Below are positions 1 through 13,482 of a stretch of DNA of 64,000 nt, piece by piece. Numbering within the stretch: the stretch's first letter is position 1; every line of letters starts with the position of its first letter. Source of the DNA: Eledone cirrhosa (Eukaryota); NCBI GenBank assembly GCA_964016885.1, contig OZ024744.1, forward strand, positions 49,228,001-49,292,000, written 5' to 3'. The position numbers and the translations under genes are program-made. The notes under the pieces were generated by a model, which worked only from the letters and a program-made list of their open reading frames with translations, did not search any database and was not told the origin of the DNA.

Positions 1-3
1 GTA

Positions 4-41
<38 letters not shown>

Positions 42-532
42 CATATATATGTTTATATATATATATATATATACACATATATATATATATGATTCTTCCA
101 TAGGCGGTATGCCAGTTGAGCACTCTATGTTCTTACAGAATCAGACAGATCCATACAATGATTGTGTCTCGAGCTATCTGCCAGCGAAACAATTGTAACA
201 CACAATAAACTGAGTCCAGATGCATCACTGACTTTTCGTTTTATATTAAATACATAAATATATATATAAATATCCTCATAAAATGATGATGATATTTATA
301 TATATATCTATATGTATTTATATATATATATATATGTATTTATATATATATAAATACATGTATTTATATATATATATATTTATATATATGTACATATATA
401 TATCTATATATTTATATATATGTATATATATATTTATATATATGTATATATATATTTATATATATGTATATATATGTATATATTTATATATATGTATATA
501 TATGTATATATTTATATATATGTATATATATG

Positions 533-606
<74 letters not shown>

Positions 607-836
607 TCTCTGTTTTGTTCCCCTCCAAATTTGCACTATATATATATATATGTATATATATGTATGTATATATGTATATAAATATATGTATGTATATATA
701 TTTATATGTATGTATATATGTATATAAATATATGTATGTATATATATTTATATATATGTATAAATAAATATATATATATATATATGTGTGTATATATATA
801 CATGTGTATATATATATGTGTATATATAAATACGTG

Positions 837-869
<33 letters not shown>

Positions 870-870
870 G
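1..870. repeat. (TA)n/(TATG)n microsatellite field (representative; similar tracts at ~1750-1890, 2540-2825, 3065-3500, 18088-18300, 18692-18782, 20745-21125, 28530-28645, 28820-29085, 29335-29620, 29960-30130, 30760-30860, 33000-33092, 38170-38320, 57625-57702, 58667-58776, 61913-62350)
   Basis: Dinucleotide repeats are directly visible; they explain the [12 protein letters not shown] ORFs. Confidence 0.97.
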
Positions 871-952
871 TAGCAATATCTGTAGGGATGAAAAAGGAAA
901 ACTGCTGAATTGGGGAGAGAATAGAAATATATTATTTATTTATATTATAAAC

Positions 953-1135
953 GGTCGATTGGCAGTAGAGAGTTGGACACCATGCTTTGAAGCATAGAGT
1001 TACGTCCCTTTATGATCTGAGTTCCAATCCCGCCGAGGTTAACTTTGCCTTTCATCCTTACGGGGTCGATAAAATAAAGTACCAGTAATGTACTGGATAA
1101 TTGCTGGCCTTGTGCCTAAAATAGAAACAATTATT
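953..1135 (+). mobile_element. tRNA-derived SINE (octopus-type, Meta-domain-like core)
   Basis: A-box-like TGGCAGT, B-box-like GAGTTCCAATCCC, core GCCTTTCATCCTTACGGGGTCGATAAAATAAAGTACCAG, end GCTGGCCTTGTGCCTAAAATAGAAAC; six copies in the window. Confidence 0.85.
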
Positions 1136-1269
1136 TATTTATATTCATACACAGAATAAAAAACATTACCTAAGGCTTCAAGGCCCAATATTGACCCTAT
1201 CTCCTGTATGTTAGAGAGATCAAAATTGCATGCTAAAAACGCTAACTCAAGAACAACATGATGACCAAG

Positions 1270-1735
1270 GGAAATGTTTAGAGGATACTTCCATCTGAAA
1301 ACCAACTGCTGTCTAAGTGGAAATATTCAACAAATTCTACTGGTTTTCAACCACCTTAATTTGATTTCTATACTTTCTTAATATTTTGTTCTCTTTCTTT
1401 CTTTTTCCACCCTTACATAATACAATATATCTTCTATACTACTCTACTTCATACATTAATAAATATTATCATCTCTATATTACATTCCACCACACAATAC
1501 TTATAGCCTATGAACACTAACGCGTGTACGATTTTGCTATTTCAAATTTACATCTTGGAGTTATTTCCCTTGGTCATAATGTTTTTCTTAAGCTAGCGTT
1601 TTTAGCATGCATTACTTTTAATGATATTTTATAAACTTGTATAAGCTCCTGAAGCTCACTATTTTTATCTCTCTTTCTGGAGATATTGTTAAAAGTGGGT
1701 ATTGAAACTTTAGGTAGCGATTTATTCTATTTATG
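1270..1735 (+). mobile_element. 3' fragment of a Penelope-like element (same family as 26400-27545)
   Basis: 1275-1625 aligns by eye to 27228-27545 (TTTAGAGGATACTTCCATCT...TTCAACAAATTCTACTGGTTTTCAACCACCTTAATTTG). Confidence 0.65.
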
Positions 1736-1808
1736 AAGATAAATAATATAATATATGTGTATATGCATATATATATATATATATATGTATGCATATATAT
1801 ATGTATGC

Positions 1809-1847
<39 letters not shown>

Positions 1848-2017
1848 TACGTATATATATATATATATGTATGCGTATATATATATATATATCTGCAAAT
1901 GTGGTTGGTGTTAGGAAGGGCATTCATCTATATAAAATTCCTGATCAAATTGACAGTAAGTTATGGTGTCACCAACTGGCCAGACTTGTTTCATCACATG
2001 GACGTTAAACATATATA

Positions 2018-2203
2018 TAACTGTTTCTACTTTTGGCACAAGGCCAGCAATTACCCAGTGCATTACTGGTACTTTATTTTATCGATCCCGTAAGGATGAA
2101 AGGCAAAGTTAACCTCGGCGGGATTTGAACTCAAAATGGTAAGGGCCGTAACTCTATGCATCAAAGCATGGCGTCCGACCCTCTATTGATACTGCCAATC
2201 CAC
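2018..2203 (-). mobile_element. tRNA-derived SINE copy
   Basis: Reverse complement of the 953-1135 SINE. Confidence 0.85.
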
Positions 2204-2272
2204 GAAGTCCATGATATCCAAACAAGACATGGGCAGTTGGGAAATCTCAGGTTGGTGAACCTGATAGATGAA

Positions 2273-2425
2273 ATAATTGTTTCTATTTTAGGCACAAGGC
2301 CAGCAATTACCCAGTACATTACTGGTACTTTATTTTATCGACCCCGTAAGGATGAAAAGCAAAGTTAACTTCGGCGGGATTTGAACTCAGATCATAAAGG
2401 GATGTAACTCTATGCTTCAAAGCAT
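2273..2425 (-). mobile_element. tRNA-derived SINE copy, 5' truncated
   Basis: Reverse complement of the SINE core and B box. Confidence 0.85.
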
Positions 2426-2756
2426 ATGAAATAATGAAGGAGTAAAGGGTTGCTGTGTTGCAATTGACCCATCCAATCCATATACACATGGCAAAACGGA
2501 CTTAAAGTATGATGATGATAATAAGGATGATGATGATGATTACATATATATATGTATAGCTGTGTATGTGTGTGTATATACGTTTGTGTATATGTATATG
2601 TATCTTTATATATGTATATATATATATATTATATATGTCTATGTATGTATACATCTGTATGTATGATATATATGTACATCTATGCATGTGTGTATATTTA
2701 TATATATAAGTATATATTTCCTCTCTGCTGACACTATAAATTTCATATCTGTGTAC

Positions 2757-2789
<33 letters not shown>

Positions 2790-3061
2790 TGCACATAAAT
2801 AATATATATATATAAATATATATGTAGAAATGATTTAGAAGTTAGTATTTTAGAATTTCACCAAATTCTATTTATTTTACATAACAAATAGAATGTGGTG
2901 AACTTCTAACATGCTGCTTTCAACACTCTTTTGTATACACACCTACGTGATAATATCATAATGGTGAACCTATACTACGTTGAGTGCTCAATCCTGCTTA
3001 CACAAGTGTTCATTGATCCATTCCCGAAAACTAATACCGGATTAATGAACACAAAATTACC

Positions 3062-3102
<41 letters not shown>

Positions 3103-3304
3103 CTTTTCTACTTAATTTTTCTTTGGGATGAATGTACATTTTCTAGTATATATATATGTATATATATGTGTGTGTCTATATATATACACACTTGTGTATA
3201 TATAAATATATATATATGCATCTATATGTGTATATATATATATGTATACATGTATATTATATATGCATCTATATGTGTATATATATATATGTATACATGT
3301 ATAT

Positions 3305-3370
<66 letters not shown>

Positions 3371-3423
3371 CATATATATATACATATATATATATATATA
3401 AATATATACACTTATATATATAT

Positions 3424-3488
<65 letters not shown>

Positions 3489-3629
3489 TATATATATACA
3501 TAACTTATCAGTCGACGACTTTTTATTCATATTTTTTAATTTTCTGAATCCATTTTTAAAAATCTCATTTAATTATCAATAAAGTATAATTATTAATATT
3601 ATTTTATTTTTAATTCTTATTAATATTAG

Positions 3630-4380
3630 TCTTATTTTTATTTCATGCCATCACTGCTTTACCGTTTCCAGGTCTGTGTGCAATGTTGTTTTTGTTGTTG
3701 TTATTTCTATCTCCAAATCTTTATATTTGGATTATTTCTCCATTTCCTTGATAGGTATATTAGAAGACATTTGTTTTTCTTTGTGTTCTTTGATTATAAA
3801 ATCCAGTTGGTTGGCTTTCATTTCCCTGTCTCTGTGTATTCTCATATCCCAAAATATGGCTGCTTTGTCATTCTCTGGTATCTTTTCTGGTGTATGTTTC
3901 TATCACCTTTTTACTATTGGTATTTTGTAGTGTTGACATAACTTCTGGTCTGGTGTATGTACATTACAATTCTATAATGTCTGTAAATATATTTTGAAAA
4001 CTGGGCAGATAATGTTGTTAATTGTTTCTTCCGCACCACCACATATTCTGCAGTTACTTACTGTGTTCTGTTTCATTATGTACTTTTGATGGTATCCGGT
4101 GTGGAATCTTATCAGTCGGCGACTTTTTATGCATATTTTTTAATTAGACATCCTTCTGTCTCAGCTTTTAGTCCAGTGCTTCATAACCAGTTTTGTGAGT
4201 TTTGCTTGTCTACTTCCTCACTATTCAACATTTTCAGGTATTGGCCATGTAAGAGTTTCTCGTGCCATCATTTTAACATAGCATCTCGAGATCTGTTTTC
4301 AATTTGGATATTATTTTTTCACAGTTTTTGTTGCTGTTTTTTCTATGCTTTCATTTCCCTTATGATTATCTGTCAACACT
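3630..4380 (-). pseudogene. Decayed 3' part of an RLE-type (R4/Dong-like) non-LTR retrotransposon
   Basis: Manual minus-strand translation gives HGQYLKM..NSQNWL*STGLKAETEGCLI and ILWD..HRDREMKANQLDFII, resembling the HGQY..LK.ETEG and ILWD..TDR..A.RPD motifs of R4/Dong elements; stops and frameshifts present. Confidence 0.6.
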
Positions 4381-4739
4381 GCTTCTGTTATTATTATTAA
4401 CTTCTCTTTGTTCACCATTTTGTTGTTCCTCTCCTAACATTTGGTTTGCTAGATATCAAGCTGTCTCCTGCAGCCGTAAGTATATCCAGAACCTTTTGTA
4501 TGATATTTTGCTCTACCAAGAAAACAAGGTATGAGTAGAGTCAAGAAATCCACTTCTATATCCAACATCTTCAACCAACCATTCAAACTTCTAGTTATTC
4601 TAGCCTTAGGTATATCTACCACCTTCATGTGGTTCTTACTGAGCCAAGCAATGAAACCTTCTGTAGAGTCAGGAAATTCACCTCAATATCTAACATCTTC
4701 AACCAACCATTGAAACTGTGTCTAAATTGCTGATTTGTG

Positions 4740-7700
4740 GAGTTTTGTCAAACAGCTGTTGTTGCGTGTAGGACACATCTAGCTATCAGCCAACCTCACC
4801 AGGAAGATTGTGCTGCTGTCTTCTTTTGGCCAGGAAAGGCAAGCAGTCTATCTCTTTTTGGTGGTTATGCCAAAAAATGTTGTGTAGTGGACGCAGCCGA
4901 AATGACTGAAGTCAGACACTATCTTCTTCAGTTAAGTCTTTCTTCAGTTAAGCCTTTTTCAAGTAACACTTGGAAAGAAAGGTGTGAGTAGAGAGGGAAG
5001 TGTTGCCCCCCACCTCCAGCATATTTCTTAAAAGTTTGCTGAATGTAGTGAGGATGACCCTGTAGGCTGGAGACAAAGAGGCACTTTCCAATTGGTGATA
5101 AGTGTGGTTTCTAAAGTACCCCTGAATGGTGCCCCCACCTCTGTTATTGAGCTATTGGAGAAATGCAATCAGTGGGTATCTTAGGTATTAGAGCAGTTTA
5201 GAAAGAAAGGTAATCATTTTAAGTGGCTATGTGTCTGCATGTATGTACATGGAAAAATGGACTATTCATTGATTTGCACCAGGGTTCAAACCCCTGCCTT
5301 AGCTGATTTTCCTGAAACTCACACCTCATCCTCTGAGACTAATGACAGATCAGTCTTCAACCTGGACTCATCTAGGCAGATTGTTCTCGATAGAGCAGAA
5401 GGTAGATCAAAACCTCTCCTAAAGTGTAAACATCCCATGTGCTTTAGCACATTCAATGTCAATACCCTTGGTCCCCCTTGGCAGACTTGATGAGCTAGTA
5501 ACAAGCGCTAAATCCAACGCTATTGATATCATCAGTTTTCAAGAGCATAGGCATTTCCATCCAAATCTAGACCTAAAGTTTACAAAATCTGATAATTTTC
5601 AGCTCGTCACCGCCTCTGCATACAAAAACTCCAGTAACGCCACCATTGGTGGAGTCGGTATGTTCTCTCATCAAAGGCACGTGAGAACCTCATCAACATC
5701 AAAAAGATAGACGATAGAATAATGGTTGCCGAGTTCAATTCAAATTCAAAACTCACATTTATAATAATGAAATTATTGTGTACAGTGCTCAGGTGCACTA
5801 AAAGACATCAAAGGTGCATGTATAGTGCATAGAATAATGTTCAAAGTACATTGAAAAAAATAATGTATATATGTGTGTTAAATTTCTTAATATATACATA
5901 ATAATGGTTTCTTAAATAGGCACGAGGTCAGCAAATTCGGGGGAGGAAACAGTCGATGACATCGATATCTTGCTATAGTCCAACAAATAGCAGTGATGAA
6001 GAAATTACCGCCAGTTTCTACGAGTCTCTGAGATCGGTCATTAAAAACGTGCCTGCCCATAAATTCCTTACTATTGCAGGCGACTTCAATACCAAACTAG
6101 GCCCTGACGATGTACAATTCACCTCCAACACAGAAACAAACCGAAATGATGAAATGCTTCTCCAACACCTTGACGAATTTGAACTTTTCTCGTCTACAAA
6201 TAGCTCCATGAAGACCAATCCAAGCTCTGGTCATTCACCTACCCTAACGGTAGTAGAGCTCAATTGGATTATATCCTCCTATATCGGAAAAAGTGGCGAA
6301 ACAGTGTACGCGACTCTGAAACCTATTCCTCTTTCTTGTGGCATCTGATCACAGGATTGTCTCTTCCAAAGTTACTCTTAACCTTCACACTCCTAAGAAA
6401 GGGCCCTGCTGGTCTTATGAAACAAATTGACTGGGGGTTAGTGTCATCAAATAAGGAGCTCTCCAGCTGGTATCCAATTAGTGTCTACAATAGGTTCTCT
6501 GAACTATCCTGTACTGATGATTACATTGAGACTTAATGCTCTAACCTAATTGTTGAAATGAGGAAGTTGCTTTTTCCATCTTGCGCAGAAAGACCAAAAG
6601 GAAGCTCACAAAATTGAGCTCACATATCTTAGTATCCTCAGTGCACGAAAAATTGCAAAGTCTTTCTTCTCGGTACAACTCAAATCCAACTGGTTTACTG
6701 AAAAGTGAAATGACCCAATGCAAAAAAAGACCTTGAGGCATACACAACTGCTCTTGCAGAGTATGTAGAAGGAAACAAACTTAAGATCCTTCATATAAAC
6801 AAACAGCATGCAGCCACATGGGTTTAATCAACAAAATAACTGAAGAGAAGCCTTCACCCATCATCAATGGAGGTTCTGAAGAAGCTAGGAAAAAGAGCTG
6901 GACTGACAACTTCAAAGGTCTACTGGCAAACCATCCCCTACAGAAGACGATCACCTTAATTCGACATCTCCACTGGACTTTTCACCTTGAGTGAAATCAA
7001 CCAGGTGATCAAAACACTTGAAAACAAAAATTCACCTGGTCTCGACAACATACCCAGTATAATTTAGAAAGACCCAAACGTTACTTCTGTCCTATTATCA
7101 ATCTGCAACGACACCTTAAGCAACAAAATTCCTCCAAGCTGGCTAAAAGCAGGCATAGTTCCTGTCCCCCAAAAAGCTGACCTCTCACCCAAACTATCGG
7201 GGAATATCACTTATGCCCATTGCTGCCAAGATCTACAACAAGCTAATCCTCAACTGTCTAGTTCCGTATATTGATCCAATCCTTCGTATCAACCAAAACG
7301 GTTTTAGGCGTGGTAGATCTACACTTGCACAGATTTTCACCTTGGGAAGAGTAGTGGAAGAGATGAGAAACTCCAACAGACAAATGGCGCTAGTTTTTGT
7401 TGACTTTAGAAAAGCTTTTGACAGCATAAACAGACATTCTGTTTGAAATTCTACCCTTGTATGGCATACCGGCAAGACTTGTGGAAGCAATTAAGACTCT
7501 GTATCTCAACACAAGTGCCACTATCATCACCCCTGATGGCCCAGCAGAGTCTTTGACATCTCAACAGTAGTGCTGCAGGGTGACTCTCAATTGACAAAAT
7601 CAATAACAAAGGTATAACCATCAAACCCCGCATGAGCTCTAGGCACCCCTCTAAACATCTTACTGGCTGATGGATCGAGTTTGGCGCTCAAATCTTTCCA

Positions 7701-8120
7701 ACCACACCAAAAATCAGACTCTTTCAAGTAACAATTCAACCAATCTCGCTATATGGAAGTGAAACATGGACGCTTTCATCCAAACAACAAGAGCACCTTG
7801 ATGGCACCTACACTCGCCTACTTCGACGCATTCAGGATATAAGCTTTGAAAAAAATATATGCCAGCTTCCACGCATATCTGTCGTTGTACGTAAAAGGAG
7901 AGTAGGATTTTCTGGCCATTGCCATCGTGCCACCTATGAGGTTGTGTCCCCATTAATGCTTTGGAAACCACATGCAGTCACTAATAACAAGGGGCGCAAG
8001 CTCTCCTATCCTAATGTCATCTCCAAAGATTCTGGTATTGAAATCCAGGATTTGGCAACGGCAATGAACGACAGACCCACGTGGAGATCAATTATCAAGT
8101 CGATTTTGGCTGAGGCCGCC
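4740..8120 (+). mobile_element. Decayed RTE/RTEX-like LINE (APE endonuclease + RT); 5' boundary uncertain
   Basis: EN motifs STFNVNTL, IISFQEHR, CYSPT, IAGDFN; RT motifs NYRGISL, QNGFRRGRST, FVDFRKAFDS; many frameshifts; ~200-bp insertion at ~5764-5965 containing a SINE fragment. Confidence 0.8.
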
Positions 8121-10577
8121 GGTACATATGTAGGTTTAATTGTTTGTCTCTGTAAAGGGGTGAAAAATGGCTGTTGGACTGTAATGGTGCTGGCTGCTGC
8201 GAGAGTGTTGAGGCATGAGCAAGCACACACGCTTGAACTGACCAACGTAGGGAGGTGTACAAATGTGCATGAAATACACACACATACTCTCTTGTCTCAA
8301 ATAATAGGAGGTGGGTTGCTGTGGAAAATCGGTAATTTTTCTAGGTTGTCTCCGTTGACTTTTTTAAAAACCAGAATTACTCGTTTAGTTTACACATTGA
8401 GACTCCAACCCATCTTAATTATTTTATAAGGTATGGGATTTCTAGTAATGTACTTTTTTGTCATGTATAATGTTTTTTAATGTCTAAAGAAAATTAATTG
8501 TCTCACGAATGTTATCACTTAAAATTAAGTCTCGCCGGAGATAGATTAGCAAAATTTAATAAGCAGGGTCGGGGGATACAATTATTTGAGACCCGAGAGT
8601 ATGTAAAAGCAGTCACAAGAAGTTGCATAGAAAAGGAGGTGATAACGATTGTATTCTCTTTGGTGGTATGGCTGTAAGAGAAATTGATTGGCTTCGGGTA
8701 TGACGATATAGTGCTATAACCACAAACAGCTGAACTATGAAGTGTGGTGTCACTATGTGCATTGAGGTTGATAGAGCTAGGAAGGGGTGAGGCAGAGCAT
8801 ACAACACCGACGGTGCCACAGCTCTGGCACTGGATACCAGGCGAACACAGCCGCACAAGAAATACAAGCATACATGCAGCCTCAAGCGAGTGCCCTATTG
8901 TGTGTGTGTCGGTGGTGTGTGGTGTATTTGTGTATACACACGCATGCATCAGAACGTGTTGGGAGAGGGGAGGTGGTGTTATAATGACCGTGGATGCAGA
9001 TGTATGTATATATGATACAACCATGTGTGTATGCAGGTTGTGTCCATGGAAAGCCACATGTGTGTGCAATGGGACTGATGGGGTGGATATGTATGTGTGT
9101 GAATAGGAACTTGAGGGTGGGTTATGTGTCTACAGAAGTATATCTGTTGGGTGGTGTATACGGCTGATGTGAGTGTATTTTGTGGTGGCTAGAGGTGTAT
9201 GTGCATGTTTGTAGAGGTACAGGTGAAGGAGTGGTGAATACAAAAATAATGTTTCACACCTGTGAGGGTGGTGAGGTTGGTTATGTAGGGATATGTATTA
9301 CAGCGGGGATGAGAGCAAGGTTGGGAGTCAGGTGGAATCCTAGGGAAGGAAGAAAAGGAACTGTGAACAAGAAGGTCGCAGAGATTATGGATGTGCTTAA
9401 AGGTGGTGATGGGTGGGTTAGGAAAGAAATGAAAGTGATGGGGGTCAGAAACGAGGGTTCGGAAGCAAAGAAGGATACAGCGAAGTAGGGATTTGGTAGA
9501 GAGGTGGTAGGTAGGGGGAAGAAAGGCGAGTATTGGGGAGTAGTCGTGGGGTGAGAAGGCTGTGATGCGGTCTGTATCATGGACATGGGGAAGAACAGCT
9601 AGGATCAAGGTGTGAGGATATCTACACTAGATGAAACGAGAAACCATGCGTTGTGACAAGGTGTTGAAGTCATGGTCCTGGCGGTAGTGCCGACAAAGAC
9701 GGAGGGATTGGGATTAGGGTATGGAGAATTTTGTGTGGGTGGGGTGGGAGTAGGTGAATTGGAAGTCAGTGGGTTTGTAGATGATGAAACCAGAGAGGGT
9801 GTTGTGAGAGTGGTTGATATATATATATATATAAAGAGAGAGACATCAAGAAAGTGGACGGGAAAATCGGAGACAGATATGAAGGTGAGAGCAAGATTGG
9901 ACGAAGGAAAGAAAGTGGTCGAGCTGTTCACGGGAGAGAGAGGTGGCGCCGATACAATGGCTCATATAACGACAGCAGAGCTGAAGGGTGGGTCCAGTGT
10001 ACTGGGAGAAGATCTGGGTCTCAACGTAGCCAACGAAGAAGTTGGCGTAGTTCGGGCCCATTCTGATTCCTATGGCCACCCCAGAGACCTGATAAAACTC
10101 TCCAGAAAAGGAAAACCATTGAGAGTGAGAAGGAATTCAGCAAGGCAGAGAAGAGTGGAAGTCTAAGGTAGGATGTGTCTACAAAGTGTCAGAGAACGCG
10201 GAGACTGTCATAGTGAGAAATTATGGTATAGAGAGAGGTGATGTTCAGTATGAAGAGAAGGCGAGAGTGGCCAGGAGAGAAGAAGGAGTTGAACAGTCGA
10301 AGAGCGTGATTAGTGTCATGGATGTGGGAGGAAGGTCGACGACTGGGAGCGAGGAGGGTGTCAAGGTATTGAGAGATTATTTCAGTAGGGTAGTTGCAAT
10401 GATCAGACGGCAGAGACTATTAGGTTTATGTATCTTTGGGAGAAAGTAGATGGTGGGTGTGCAAGGAGAGCGTACTATAAAATTTGTGGCAGTGGGAGGA
10501 GGAGAAGATAAGTTGGTGAATAGTGGAGGACATGAACTATTGGTAGCGGTAAAATTGAGTGTTGTGAAGTTGGTAGA
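8121..10577 (-). mobile_element. Decayed Penelope-like element (RT region and 3' part)
   Basis: ORF 9846..10079 AIGIRMGPNYANFFVGYVE matches the PLE RT motif G.AMG..MGP.YA.LF.GYVE; VHFLDVS motif in 9605..9931; fragmented frames. Confidence 0.75.
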
Positions 10578-11770
10578 AGTCCTCAGTCCTGAGATGAGCT
10601 TTCACCACTTCTGCCCAAGTCAACTTCAGCCTTCCTCCCACCTCATTATTTTACATTCATTTTAAGTTGGATGGGTCTTTTCCAGCACAGCCTCCCTTCA
10701 CTTGTTGAGGTTCATTGTTCTGAGATCAGCTCTCACCACTTCTGCCTAATTCTTCCTCTACTGTAGCATCTTTTCACTAGCATCTACTTCTTGCGCCAAC
10801 AATCTTAATCCTTACACATCACATGTCCATACCAGCGCAATCTTCTCTCTTGCACATTATATCTGATTCCTCTTATGCTTAATTTTCCTCTCATTTCACC
10901 AATACTTTGCACATCCAATGGAGTATACTTAGTTTATTACTCTCTAGTCTCTCTATATCCTCACAATCCACTCTGCCATCCAATGGAGTATACTTAGTTT
11001 ATTACTCTCTAGCCTCTCTATATCCTCACAATCCACTCTGCCATCCAATGGAGTATACTTAGTTTATTACTCTCTAGTCTCTCTATATCCTCACAATCCA
11101 CTCTGCCATCCAATGGAGTATACTTAGTTTATTACTCTCTAATCTCTCTATATCCTCACAATCCACTCTGCCATCCAATGGAGTATACTTAGTTTATTAC
11201 TCTCTAGTCTCTCTATATCCTCACAATCCACTCTGCCATCCAATGGAGTATACTTAGTTTATTACTCTCTAGTCTCTCTATATCCTCACAATCCACTCTG
11301 CCATCCAATGGAGTATACTTAGTTTATTACTCTCTAGTCTCTCTATATCCTCACAATCCACTCTGCCATCCAATGGAGTATACTTAGTTTATTACTCTCT
11401 AGTCTCTCTATATCCTCACAATCCACTCTGCCCATATCTCACTGCTATGCAAACCATATTTCTCACAAAGGAATCATACAATCTACCTTTCACTCAGAGA
11501 GAAAACCCCTTAGTTGTCAACAGAGGTAGTAGTTCTGTGAAGTATTTTCCATCCTGTTCTTATTCTAGCTACTAGGCTTTCAGAACAATCTCCTCCATTG
11601 ATAATTAGCGCAGGTCCTCAGCGCAAGTATAGGTCATCTCAACACTATGTTGTTTTTATTCGGCCATCAACTACTTTAGAAAGTCTGAAGAGTTATTTTT
11701 AGTTCTACCGACACAATAAAGGTTGCCCTGCCTCCTTCCCTTTCATGTTAAATGAAGACAGAAGGAAATA
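10578..11770 (-). mobile_element. Decayed RTE LINE 3' fragment containing a tandem amplification
   Basis: Minus strand resembles the C-terminal region of the RTE elements at 24250-24700 and 41750-41940 (..EDIERLE.N..SILHWM.., WAEVVRADL). Confidence 0.7.
10913..11432. repeat. Minisatellite: 8 tandem copies of a 65-bp unit
   Basis: Unit ATCCAATGGAGTATACTTAGTTTATTACTCTCTAGTCTCTCTATATCCTCACAATCCACTCTGCC; only isolated substitutions between copies; no spacers. Confidence 0.97.
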
Positions 11771-11789
11771 CATATATGAGTGTATGAGA

Positions 11790-12815
11790 AATCACGCAGC
11801 GGTTTCAACGTTTTTTCCCATTTATTGTAGCAGTACTGAAAGTCATTTTCTGTGAGTGTCCTTAGCTCATCGGTTACAATCTTTTTGTATGTTGTCCACA
11901 GTCCCGAAATAATGACCCTTCGACTTCGATTTCAACTTAGGGACGAGGTAGAAATCGCATGGAGTTAGAGATCTGGGATGGAAGAGTGGGGATATTCTTC
12001 TTCATCAGAAATTCTTTAATTGAAGGTGTTGTGTGAGTAGGTGCGTTATTGTGGTGCAGTACCTAATCTCTTACAATGTCCTTTCGAACTCGCTGGACCC
12101 ATTTTCAAAGTCGTTCTTAGACATCTTTGTAGAAAGTTCGATTAGCTGTAATTAATGCAGGTAAAAATTCTTTGTAAACAAAACCACGGCTGTTGAAAAA
12201 TATAATTATTATTGTTTTTACCTGGATCTACTCCTGTGTGCTTTCTTGGATGAGGAGAATTTTTCATGTGCTACTCCTCTCTTTGCTGTTTTGTGATTAT
12301 ACTTGAACACCCATCTCCTATTACTATGTTATCCAAGAAATTTGGCTTAAATTTGAGTCTTTCTAGCAAATCAGGACACATTTCAAACTTGTTCACTTTC
12401 TGCTCCACAGACAAGTGTTTGGGCACTAATTTTTCGCATGTGTAAATGGTCTGTTAAATTTCTGTGAACTGCATTTTTATCCAAGCTTGTTTTGCCATCA
12501 CTGCTTACACCACTTCTTCATTGTGTTCATTTGTTGACAAGATTGGCCTTCCAGAACGAGGTTCACCACTAATAATTTCTCGGTCCTATTTGAAAGCTTT
12601 GTGCCACTTAAAAACCTTCCTTCTCGATAGAGTGGCATCTACATAAGCTTGTGTTAAAGAATTAAATGTTTCGTTGAGTTTCACACAAAATTTGATCGCA
12701 TACCATTGTTCGATATTTTCCTGCAACCCAAACATAAGAGGTTATAAACACATCTGTACATAAAGAGCAATAACTCACGTGTGACTCAATCGATCAACGA
12801 GGTGCTGCGTTACCA
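11790..12815 (-). mobile_element. Decayed Tc1/mariner (mariner) transposase pseudogene
   Basis: Manual minus-strand translation: N-terminal ENIEQWYAIKFCVKL, LHHNNAPTH (HDNA motif), PDL.PCDFYL.PKLK; stops and frameshifts. Confidence 0.8.
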
Positions 12816-13482
12816 TATGTGTTATATATATATATATGTATATGTATAACAATCATGTATGTATCTATAGATAGATAGTTATGTGTTAAAAAACCTCACA
12901 CATAGCGAAGACCAAATCGAATAGGAATAAAAACGGGTTGCGCAAGACAAAGAAAATAAATAACACTAAAAAACAAACAATCAGTCAAATTTTGGAAATC
13001 CTTATAGTTTCGACCCAGAAAAGTTGATTCTGTACATTCCAGTGCACACAGAACAGCAAGAGGACAAAACAGGGAGACATGACAAATTGTGCTTTCCGAC
13101 AAATTAAACAAATATCTCACCCCACCCCCTAAAAACTCTACAAACAAATGTACTTTAACTGAAACGGAAGAGATACATATACACGGTACAGAATAGCTTA
13201 GCCATGAATATCTTTATTTTCCCCTTCTTGGCTAAGCTATTGTGCACCATATTTTTATCTCTTCCTCGTATGATATGGTATCATGTAGATCAGTGTGTGA
13301 CGGAGTGTTGGTATTTCTTACGTAATTACATAATAGCGTAATCCTAAACCTTTAGATACAATTTCATCAGAAAGCTCTCATATATATATATGTATATATA
13401 TTTCCTGTACCTTTCCAACTCTAATACTCTGGTGGATGGAGTTAGATATTTGCTGGATGCTTTCCATGGTGTTTTTCTCTAA

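Noticed and set aside
953-1135. tRNA gene
   Set aside because: The A/B boxes belong to a multi-copy SINE; no cloverleaf or acceptor stem is evident
10913-11432. Possible CRISPR array
   Set aside because: Head-to-tail 65-bp units with no unique spacers, no cas genes, eukaryotic context, and the unit derives from RTE coding sequence
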